From an uncultured Bacteroidales bacterium (GTDB lineage: Bacteria > Bacteroidota > Bacteroidia > Bacteroidales > JAIOZK01): a DNA stretch of 63,366 nucleotides. Within the stretch, counting starts at the first letter, position 1; each line of letters starts with the position of its first letter. This document shows, one piece after another, positions 28,621 to 36,325 of the stretch. Both the position numbers and the translations under genes were made by a program. Under the pieces are notes generated by a model. That model was not told the origin of the DNA and made no database searches. It saw only the letters and a program-made list of their open reading frames with translations. The stretch is from positions 1 through 63,366 of the forward strand of contig CAZJYD010000008.1 of assembly GCA_964550205.1 (NCBI GenBank). The letters are read 5' to 3'.

Positions 28621-29733
28621 TTATCTTTTTCCTGCTGTAAAGCCTGCCTGCATAAATTTACTTACCTCAGTGACAAAACTAAGAATCAGATCATTTTTTT
28701 CTAATTTTTCTTCACGCAGAATTTTATCCAGGCAAATAAAGGCCATTGGGGGTCCATTATATCCCAGAGAGGATAACTTAGTATAGACCTTTTCTTTTGA
28801 AATTCCAAGTGATTCGCATTCCTCTATTATTAATTCTGCTATATGCCGGGAAGGAAAATTGATCTGAAAAAAACGTATTTTGTTAACATCAATGTCATAT
28901 TGTTTTATCATTCGCTTTAAACCTTTATAAAATACCGATCCGTCTTTTTCAATAAATTGCTTTCTTAATTGTTCATTAAATATTTGTTTAAGATGGTGGT
29001 AACCTTCCTCGTATTCTACCCTGGGATTCATCCAGTAGGCCGGTCGCTTATTATACATAGCCGGAGATTTTTTGCCTCCGGCGGATTCCATATATACATT
29101 CTCAAGAAATATACCATCATCTTTATCCGTGCTATTTTCAAGCAATACAGCGCCGGCCCCATCACTTAAAAAATACCTCAGGAAAAGTTCCTCCTTTTTT
29201 ATTTTTTTTTGATTGTAATAGTCTGCTCTTAATTCTGATGATGGAATATTCGAAGAAAGAACTAATGCATTGTTATACCTGCCTGATTTGATGAGTTCAT
29301 ATGCTGTAAGAAGAGCTTTATAAGCAGAAGTGCAATTTGCATGTATTGAGATTTCGCCGCATCTTTCAATACCCAATATGTCTTGTATCATAACTGATGG
29401 AGTGGGCATCTGGTCCTGATGTGGGCTTCCATATGCAATAAATTCTATGTCTTTTTTTTGAAATCCTGCCATTTGTAAAGCTTTTTCTGCAGCTTTAACT
29501 GACATGGAAATGTTATCATCAGTATATTTCCTGGTTAACGGATCTATTGCAAAATAATACTGATCTACTTCAAGTAGTTCGTGCATTATGTTTTTTGTCC
29601 TGTTTAACCATTTAACTATCTTATGAGGAGTATTAAGGAATTTCCCAAGGTAATTATCAATTTCTTCAAAAGAAACAGGTTTACCGGGAAGGTATGTGCC
29701 TGTTCCGGTAATTTTTACTTTACGGTTATTCAT
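28621..29733 (-). CDS. KAS III-like / DarB-like thiolase-fold protein with atypical triad
   Basis: Clear paralogue of DarB at 36744-37883 (YLPGKPVS.EE...YLG, FLR..LSDGAGAVL.EN). Cys134 is retained (HANCTSAY). The DarB His and Asn positions read Asn292 and Tyr325 in ungapped local alignment. Confidence 0.75.
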   Translation of the reverse strand: MNNRKVKITGTGTYLPGKPVSFEEIDNYLGKFLNTPHKIVKWLNRTKNIMHELLEVDQYYFAIDPLTRKYTDDNISMSVKAAEKALQMAGFQKKDIEFIAYGSPHQDQMPTPSVMIQDILGIERCGEISIHANCTSAYKALLTAYELIKSGRYNNALVLSSNIPSSELRADYYNQKKIKKEELFLRYFLSDGAGAVLLENSTDKDDGIFLENVYMESAGGKKSPAMYNKRPAYWMNPRVEYEEGYHHLKQIFNEQLRKQFIEKDGSVFYKGLKRMIKQYDIDVNKIRFFQINFPSRHIAELIIEECESLGISKEKVYTKLSSLGYNGPPMAFICLDKILREEKLEKNDLILSFVTEVSKFMQAGFTAGKR

Positions 29734-30413
29734 GATTTATTTTTTTCAAACTTTACAAACTTATCCAGTTCATCTTTAAGAAATATTGGATTGTAAGAAT
29801 CCTTAATGGTAAGTGCAAACTTTTCGGCAAAAACAACGGATGTCTTCTTTGGGACAATGTGATCTATTAGTTTCATTGATTTTGCTTCTTCAGGTGATAA
29901 GCTATCTCCGGAAAGAACGTATTCTATAGTTTTTGCTTTATGTGCATGAAGAAAAAAATTCTGAATACCGCCAATTCCAGGAATTAAATTAAACATGGAC
30001 TCGGGCAGGCTCAAATATGAACCTTCCTCACAAATCCTTACATTTGCAAATAATGCCAATTCAAGCCCCGCTCCTATACATACACCTCTTATCGCCGCAA
30101 TAACAGGGATATTCATCTTTTTTAAAGAGTAAAATGAATCTACGTTTTCCTTAAGAAAATCAGGTATTTTATCATTGGTATATTTCTTTTGTTTATTTAT
30201 TTGTTTTAAAAGATCATCCAGATCGGCCCCGGAAGAAAAATGACGACCTTTATTATACAATAAAATAGCCTGAACATCACTATTTGTTAATATATTGCTG
30301 ATCAGATTCTTGAAATCATTGTAGAAATGAGTGTCCATTCTGTTATCCGGTGGATTACTTAAAACAATATGTCCTATGTTCTGGATTTTTTTCCAATCAA
30401 TTCTTTCCATCAT
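29730..30413 (-). CDS. crotonase-fold enoyl-CoA hydratase/isomerase family protein (ECH 1)
   Basis: GRHFSSGADL oxyanion loop, CIGAGLELAL, LPES. 227 aa. Confidence 0.82.
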   Translation of the reverse strand: MMERIDWKKIQNIGHIVLSNPPDNRMDTHFYNDFKNLISNILTNSDVQAILLYNKGRHFSSGADLDDLLKQINKQKKYTNDKIPDFLKENVDSFYSLKKMNIPVIAAIRGVCIGAGLELALFANVRICEEGSYLSLPESMFNLIPGIGGIQNFFLHAHKAKTIEYVLSGDSLSPEEAKSMKLIDHIVPKKTSVVFAEKFALTIKDSYNPIFLKDELDKFVKFEKNKS

Positions 30414-30787
30414 ACACAGGTTTCATTGTTACTTAACTGGTAAACTACATATCCAGTTGCATAGTTTCGTGAATGGGATATCGAGCAATCAATACTTTTG
30501 ATATTAATATCTTTTAATTTCTTTTGGATTTCTTTATGAGTTTTTAGCACTGGTTTTCCAAGATCATTATTCAAAATTTCAATATAACGATAATTTATGT
30601 TTGAAATCAGAATTTTGTCAATTATGCACTTTTTTATAATAAAACGACCAGCTAAACTTCTGTATGCATTTTTTACGGGATAATTCCTGATTTCATTAAT
30701 TGTAAAGTATTTATTTATAAATTGTTCATTTTCTGCCATTGCCTTGAATTTTCCCAATTCTATTATGTCAAATTTTTCTTTTATCAT
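30410..30787 (-). CDS. AcpS-type 4'-phosphopantetheinyl transferase (PPTase 1)
   Basis: FDIIELGKF (GIDIxxIxR-like), RFIIKKC, SISHSRNYATGYV. Start trimmed to the ATG at 30787 to avoid overlap with ECH 2. Confidence 0.68.
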   Translation of the reverse strand: MIKEKFDIIELGKFKAMAENEQFINKYFTINEIRNYPVKNAYRSLAGRFIIKKCIIDKILISNINYRYIEILNNDLGKPVLKTHKEIQKKLKDINIKSIDCSISHSRNYATGYVVYQLSNNETCV

Positions 30788-30791
30788 TAGA

Positions 30792-31532
30792 TTAATCCTG
30801 CTTTTTATAAGGTTTTTGTGATGCCAATTCAAAAAACAACCTGGCATTCTCATACAGCGCTTCCTCATAAGTCATAGTTCGAATGTTATTTATTGATTGC
30901 ATAACACTGTTTATGATTGTTAGTGGCCTGTCATTAGTAATTCTTTTTAGTAATTCTATCGAAAACTCAAATGCCTTTTTTGATGGAACAAGATAGTCGA
31001 CCAAATGTATTCGGTGTGCCGTATTGGCATTAATGGTTTCACCTGATAATACCAGCTCAATACTTTTACCCTGTGATTGTAAAATATTTTGTATTCTTTG
31101 AATTCCGCCCAAACCAGGTATCAGATTATTAATTATCTCAGGAAATGCAAATAAAGATCTTTCCGAAGCTATTCTTATATGACATGCCAATGCGATTTCC
31201 AATCCTCCCCCAAAACAGATCCCTTCAATGGCAGCAACTATTGGAATATTTATGTTTTCAAGGTAGTTTAATACTTCATTGCCAAGATTTATTTCAGAAT
31301 GGAAATTTTTTCTTTTTACATCTTTGTATATCTTTTCTATATCGGCACCCGCAGAGAAATGTTTTCCTTTACCCTGAATAATAATTCCTTTAAGTGAATT
31401 ATTTTTGACAAAATCAATTAATTTATTTTTTTCTAACAGAACAGGGCTTTTTAAATAATTATGCGGAGTATCATTTATTGTAATGATACCGATTGAATTA
31501 TCTGTGTTTAGATCGACTGGATTTTTTTCCAT
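30792..31532 (-). CDS. crotonase-fold enoyl-CoA hydratase/isomerase family protein (ECH 2)
   Basis: GKHFSAGADI, CFGGGLEIAL, FPEI. 246 aa. Confidence 0.82.
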   Translation of the reverse strand: MEKNPVDLNTDNSIGIITINDTPHNYLKSPVLLEKNKLIDFVKNNSLKGIIIQGKGKHFSAGADIEKIYKDVKRKNFHSEINLGNEVLNYLENINIPIVAAIEGICFGGGLEIALACHIRIASERSLFAFPEIINNLIPGLGGIQRIQNILQSQGKSIELVLSGETINANTAHRIHLVDYLVPSKKAFEFSIELLKRITNDRPLTIINSVMQSINNIRTMTYEEALYENARLFFELASQKPYKKQD

Positions 31533-31534
31533 TA

Positions 31535-31918
31535 TTAGCTGTAAAGTTTTTCCGGTACATCAACCGGATTAAGTTCACTGTCAACCATCAACGCTTTTGT
31601 CTTTGACTTTGAAGCCAGTTTATTGTCTTTTTGTATAAATATCTTTTGTAAAAATACCAAATAAGGGGTTTCCATTTTTATCGATGTTTGTATTTCCACC
31701 TCGTCAAATAATTTTAATTCTTTGATATAACGAATATTTGTTTCAATCACTACAATGGAGTATTTATTATTTGAAAGATAATCAAGCATATCCAATTCCT
31801 TGAATACACACCATCTTGCCTGCTCAAGATAATTAAGATAAACAGCATTATTTAAGTGATTAAAACTATCAAGTTCATAACCTCTCACGGTTATATTATA
31901 TTTAAAGTGCTTGTTCAT
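31535..31918 (-). CDS. 4HBT/YbgC-type acyl thioesterase
   Basis: VRGYELDSFNHLNNAVYLNY hot-dog thioesterase signature. Confidence 0.72.
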   Translation of the reverse strand: MNKHFKYNITVRGYELDSFNHLNNAVYLNYLEQARWCVFKELDMLDYLSNNKYSIVVIETNIRYIKELKLFDEVEIQTSIKMETPYLVFLQKIFIQKDNKLASKSKTKALMVDSELNPVDVPEKLYS

Positions 31919-33329
31919 TTTTTGTATTTATTTTTTTTAAAATCTTATTGTGTTCGTGCTTTACAATTTTTTTCAATGGCATTTGGGTAAAATACGCGAA
32001 AAATGTTTTATGAATAATATCTGATATATGGTGGTTTTTATTTTTGCGGAATTTGTTGAAATAGAACAATGTTCGTTTTAGTATTTCTTTTCTGCTGTAC
32101 CCCTTGTTTTCGATGTTTAATAATGCTTTTATTAATTCATTATTACTAATGTTTTTATTAGGAACATTTGTAGCATTTGTATTAATATTGAGTAATTTGC
32201 CTTCTTTCTCCAACCGTTCAAATAAACGGCTTCCATGAAGTGCATAAACAGGATTGATTACAGGGAATATATTTGTTTCCCTGCAAAACTCTAATGTCTC
32301 ATAATAGGATTTTACAGTATCATTTTCATATCCGATTGTAAACCAGCCTGATAATATGATGCCTGAGTCCTGAAGGAATTCTATTTTATCCTTCATATCA
32401 GAAACCACATCATTGTCTTTTTGTATTCCCATCTTTTTTATGCTTCCGCTGGTTTTCAGGGTGTCAGGATTTATCGATTCCAACCCGACAGCAGCATATA
32501 TCAAACCGGATTCAACAGCCTTTTTTATTACTTTGCGCCCTTCATTTGAGGCAACTGCTTTTAAATTGGCCTGACCCATCCAGTATTTTTTCCCTGGCAA
32601 TTTACTTATTCGGTCATACAATTCATAATAGTAGTCATAGGATCCTTTTCTTCCGAAAACATTATCATCTATGAGGTAATAATAGCCTTTGAATTTCTTT
32701 ATTTCATTAACAACATCATTAATTGGTCTTGTTCTCGTATTTTTACCGAATACTTTTGATACAAGGCAAAAATCACAATCTATCGGACAGCCTCGTGAAG
32801 CATAGACCGTATCAAATTTATACTTATTCTTAAATGCATTGTGTGCAGGTCTTTTAATGGATTTAAGATCCGGTAAGTTATCAAGAAAATGTACGGTATA
32901 ATTTCCTGCATTAAATTCATTTGGAGAACATACATAAAAGTCTTTTAATTTATTATTTTCAAAATCACACAGTAATCGAGGCCATAGAAGTTCTCCCTCG
33001 CCAATTACTACTGCGTCGGCATGCTGTTTTGATACATAAGGATTAGCTGAAGCCTGCGGACCTCCCAAAATAACCGGTATATAATTTTTTCTGAATTTGT
33101 CAGCTATTTCAAATGCACTTTTCTCAGATGACATCTTTACACTTATCCCTACCAGGTCGGTTTTGTCATTATAATTTATTTTATCTCTTTTGCTATTTAA
33201 TAGATCAATTAAAGTATAATTGTGTTCAGGAGCTGCACTTACCAGGGTGGATAGCGATAAAGGCATAAATAATCTTCTTCCTTTTACATGGTCATCTTCT
33301 TCGGCTGCTAATATCAATTTAATATTCAT
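31902..33329 (-). CDS. B12-binding-domain radical SAM enzyme (rSAM 2)
   Basis: DLVGISV and LGGPQAS cobalamin-domain-like blocks. CX3CX2C CPIDCDFC at nt 32766-32789. Confidence 0.85.
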   Translation of the reverse strand: MNIKLILAAEEDDHVKGRRLFMPLSLSTLVSAAPEHNYTLIDLLNSKRDKINYNDKTDLVGISVKMSSEKSAFEIADKFRKNYIPVILGGPQASANPYVSKQHADAVVIGEGELLWPRLLCDFENNKLKDFYVCSPNEFNAGNYTVHFLDNLPDLKSIKRPAHNAFKNKYKFDTVYASRGCPIDCDFCLVSKVFGKNTRTRPINDVVNEIKKFKGYYYLIDDNVFGRKGSYDYYYELYDRISKLPGKKYWMGQANLKAVASNEGRKVIKKAVESGLIYAAVGLESINPDTLKTSGSIKKMGIQKDNDVVSDMKDKIEFLQDSGIILSGWFTIGYENDTVKSYYETLEFCRETNIFPVINPVYALHGSRLFERLEKEGKLLNINTNATNVPNKNISNNELIKALLNIENKGYSRKEILKRTLFYFNKFRKNKNHHISDIIHKTFFAYFTQMPLKKIVKHEHNKILKKINTKNEQAL

Positions 33330-33402
33330 TAATCGCAGTTCCTTATATGTTTTTTATTTTGATTTTGCTAGTGTAATGTCAAGTATAATGTGATGGTTAT
33401 TT

Positions 33403-33464
33403 ACACCCTCTGTCTCTCTGCACTCGGCATCTCCCCCTGCTCGCAGGGGAGAAAAAGAGGGGGT
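33403..33464. repeat. GC-rich nested hairpin island in a divergent intergenic region
   Basis: Inner stem ctcccc(c)tgc / gcaggggag and outer arms accctc / gagggggt, in an otherwise AT-rich 275-bp gap. Confidence 0.5.
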
Positions 33465-33604
33465 AAAATAAACGATAACTGCAAATTTACAATACATTTA
33501 CAAAATTATACTTTTAATAATTATCTATAATATTGCATAACATAAGTATGTTAATTTATTAGAAATTATTGAGATCAATTTGTTTGTAATAAACGAAAAA
33601 AATT

Positions 33605-35284
33605 GTGAAAAAAAGATCTGTGTTTACTAAGATATTGAAGATAACAGGAATAAGTCTGTTGGCTATTCTGATTATTTCATATGTATATGTAAAACTTGTT
33701 AGCAGGGTTGAACCTCCGGAAGTTCCTGTAACAGATATTGTAAAGGCCAAAGTTGTTACTAAAGATAATAACTTTTACAGTATAGGCAATTGCTGGCTGA
33801 AAGAGAGCGAAACAGGTATATGGGAGCTTTATATTGAAGGCAGCGCTTTTGAAAGAGGTGTGATTATAGGTAAACTTACCAAGGATTTAATAAGAAAACA
33901 GGAAGAAATATTTGTGTCAAAAGTAAAAGAATTTGTGCCTTCCCCAATTTATCGCAGCTTTTTGCAGATGATGATTGAGTATTTCAACCGTAATCTTGAT
34001 AGTAAGATACCGGATGAATACTTAAAGGAGATATACGGTATATCTTTATCAGCTTCAAAGGATTTTAATAGATACGGTTCACCATATATGAGAATTCTGA
34101 ATTATCATGCGGCTCATGATATAGGGCATGCTCTGGCAGATTATTCTTTTGTTGGTTGTACTTCATTTTCTTATTGGGATGTTACTAGAAAAGATACCTT
34201 GTTGATAACCGGTAGGAATTTTGATTTTTCAATAGGTGACGAATTTGCAGAAGATAAGATAGTTGCTTTTTTTGCTCCTGATGAAGGGAATAAATTTGCT
34301 TTTGTAACATGGGGAGGTATGATTGGTGTGGTTTCAGGAATGAATTGCCAGGGGATTTCGGTTACTATTAACGCTGCTAAGTCAGAATTGCCTATATCAT
34401 CGTCTACACCGATCTCAATCCTTACACGTGAAATTTTACAATATGCCGGAAATATTGATGAGGCTGTTAAGATAGCGAAAAAAAGACAAACCTTTGTTTC
34501 GGAATCAATATTGGTTAGCTCAGCAAGTGATGGTAAAACAATAATTATAGAGAAAACACCTTTAAAAGAAGCTGTCGTTTTTCCTGATTCCAATTATATA
34601 ATCTGTACAAATCATTTCAGAAGCAGGGTTTTCAGCGATACCAGTTTACCATCTTCAACCTCAAAATACCGTTATAAAAGAGTTAAGGAGCTATTTAACA
34701 GATACGATTCAATAACACCCGAAATAGCTGCAAGCATATTAAGAAACCGAAAAGGATTAAATGATGCGGATATTGGTAATGGAAATGAAAAAGCTATAAA
34801 TCAATTAATTGCACATCACTCTGTTCTTTTTGATTTATATAATAAGATAATGTGGGTATCTGCAAACCCTTATAATTTAGGTAAATATGTGGCTTATGAT
34901 TTGAATAAAGTATTTAAGGATTACAACGGATTAAAAGAAAATAAAGAAATTTACAATAAAGAGCTGAGCATACCACCCGACACTTTTTTGTTTACCAATG
35001 ATTATCAGCAGTTTATTAAATATAAAAGCCTGAGGAAAAAGATATTAAAGGCAACAGACAAAAGTAGGAGAATCAGTGCAGATACTTTAAAATTGTTTAG
35101 ATCCACAAATCCGGAATATTTTGAATTATATCTGGTTTTGGGTGATTATTATAAGAGCATACATCAATATAATAAAGCCATTGACAATTATAATATAGCA
35201 TTATCAAAAGAAATCGACTCTGAGAATAATGAAAAGAAAATATCAGAAAACCTTGAGGCATGCCTCGAAAATGCTAAAAGATAG
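33605..35284 (+). CDS. C45-family (Ntn, acyl-CoA:6-APA acyltransferase-like) protein with N-terminal membrane anchor and C-terminal TPR-like tail
   Basis: Hydrophobic N-terminus ITGISLLAILIISYVYV. Gly-Cys site FVGCTSFS (Cys185, nt 34157-34159). GTG start. Confidence 0.65.
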   Translation: MKKRSVFTKILKITGISLLAILIISYVYVKLVSRVEPPEVPVTDIVKAKVVTKDNNFYSIGNCWLKESETGIWELYIEGSAFERGVIIGKLTKDLIRKQEEIFVSKVKEFVPSPIYRSFLQMMIEYFNRNLDSKIPDEYLKEIYGISLSASKDFNRYGSPYMRILNYHAAHDIGHALADYSFVGCTSFSYWDVTRKDTLLITGRNFDFSIGDEFAEDKIVAFFAPDEGNKFAFVTWGGMIGVVSGMNCQGISVTINAAKSELPISSSTPISILTREILQYAGNIDEAVKIAKKRQTFVSESILVSSASDGKTIIIEKTPLKEAVVFPDSNYIICTNHFRSRVFSDTSLPSSTSKYRYKRVKELFNRYDSITPEIAASILRNRKGLNDADIGNGNEKAINQLIAHHSVLFDLYNKIMWVSANPYNLGKYVAYDLNKVFKDYNGLKENKEIYNKELSIPPDTFLFTNDYQQFIKYKSLRKKILKATDKSRRISADTLKLFRSTNPEYFELYLVLGDYYKSIHQYNKAIDNYNIALSKEIDSENNEKKISENLEACLENAKR

Positions 35285-35317
35285 TTTGTTGGATTTTCTT
35301 ATTTTATGAAATTATTA

Positions 35318-36325
35318 TTAATAACGTATTGCTTTTCGTAATTCCCTGTATACATTTTCCTCATTATCAGCGATACCATGCACCATATCAGCAATAGAAT
35401 CAAATGAAATTTCATTCTGGCCTCTTTTTTTGCATATCCTGCTTGCCATTATTGCAAATTCACGCCATTGATCTCCGACCTCAGTCATTTTTTGAGAAAG
35501 CCCAAGCATTCTATCATTATCCAGAATTTCTGCAGCTTCCTGCAGAAAAGCCGAATAGAGAAATCTGAAGCCTGCACCCCCTGTGCCTATTTCTTCCTGC
35601 ATTCTTACAACCTGCCCCAGATACTTTGATGCTTTTTCTTCACCGATCCTTTTAGGCCATTTTCTTATTCTTGAAGAAAGGTAACGAATCCCCCGTACTC
35701 CTATTATTGGGCCCGGAAGCAAGACCATTTCAAAGATAGTTCTCTTTATTCCTTTTATTATTGCTTTTTTAAGATCGATCTCAGAAGGTACCTTACTAAT
35801 ATAGTACATTTTGCCTTTGGGTTTGTATGTACCCCTTGCATATCTTACCTTAATTAGTTCATCATAGGTAAGCTCCTGAGGTGTTTCCATAATGGGATCA
35901 CTAATGAGATATTTATTGTCTTCTTTTCCAAAGGCAATGATATTATGTGCATTGAAATGAAATCTATAAGGAGCAGGAAAATAGGGTAGGTGATAAACTC
36001 CAATCACCATACCTGTGGGAATACCATGATTTAGATTATTGTCTAATTCGTACATTGCCTTCTCGGGAGACCTGAAACGCTTTATTTCGGTGGAAATTCC
36101 AAGAGAGTGTCTTATACGTTTAAATATCAAACCCGGCAATGGTCTGAAAGTAGTGACCGGAATGCCGTTGAGTTTTATTATTGGCAGGTGAGAAAAAAAG
36201 ATACCTGAACCTATACCAAAAATCATAGGCTCACTAAGATCAATTCCATAATACCGCAAAAGGTTGGAAACTACTCCATTCTCACAATGGGCAGCCATAC
36301 GGTGGTCAAAATCGATCTTTGTCAT
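35318..36325 (-). CDS. BtrH-like protein (BtrH N-terminal cysteine-peptidase-like domain + C-terminal domain), copy 1
   Basis: DHRMAAHCENGVVSNLLRYYGIDLSEPMIFGIGSGIFF N-terminus (Cys14, nt 36284-36286). Paralogue of 48117-49133. Confidence 0.68.
   Translation of the reverse strand: MTKIDFDHRMAAHCENGVVSNLLRYYGIDLSEPMIFGIGSGIFFSHLPIIKLNGIPVTTFRPLPGLIFKRIRHSLGISTEIKRFRSPEKAMYELDNNLNHGIPTGMVIGVYHLPYFPAPYRFHFNAHNIIAFGKEDNKYLISDPIMETPQELTYDELIKVRYARGTYKPKGKMYYISKVPSEIDLKKAIIKGIKRTIFEMVLLPGPIIGVRGIRYLSSRIRKWPKRIGEEKASKYLGQVVRMQEEIGTGGAGFRFLYSAFLQEAAEILDNDRMLGLSQKMTEVGDQWREFAIMASRICKKRGQNEISFDSIADMVHGIADNEENVYRELRKAIRY

Noticed and set aside
30788-30868. 27-codon N-terminal extension of PPTase 1
   Set aside because: It would overlap the end of crotonase 2 by 77 nt and is Cys/Arg-rich. 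The ATG at 30787 lies 4 nt after the upstream stop.
28621-31532. HMG-CoA-synthase-type beta-branching cassette (HMGS + ECH1 + ECH2)
   Set aside because: The thiolase-fold gene is collinear with DarB/KAS III, not with HMGS. There is no donor ACP or decarboxylating KS, and both crotonases look like hydratase-type enzymes.
26916-33329. RiPP interpretation (radical SAM enzymes, a C39-like BtrH fold and a C45 peptidase acting on a peptide)
   Set aside because: No small precursor-like ORF with a leader/core pattern is next to any rSAM gene, there is no ABC-peptidase exporter, and every neighbour is a fatty-acid or polyketide-type enzyme.
33485-33503. 8-bp direct repeat atttacaa x2 with 11-bp periodicity upstream of the C45 gene
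   Set aside because: It is short and AT-only, so it is expected by chance in this composition. No second occurrence was noticed.
33330-33604. Cobalamin riboswitch in front of the B12-dependent radical SAM operon
   Set aside because: The GC-rich hairpin is there, but I could not recognise a B12-box-like core or the multi-helix junction on either strand. An Rfam scan would be decisive.
34171-34593. 140-aa minus-strand ORF
   Set aside because: It is antisense to the C45 gene and has no motif. It is a shadow ORF of an AT-rich coding region.
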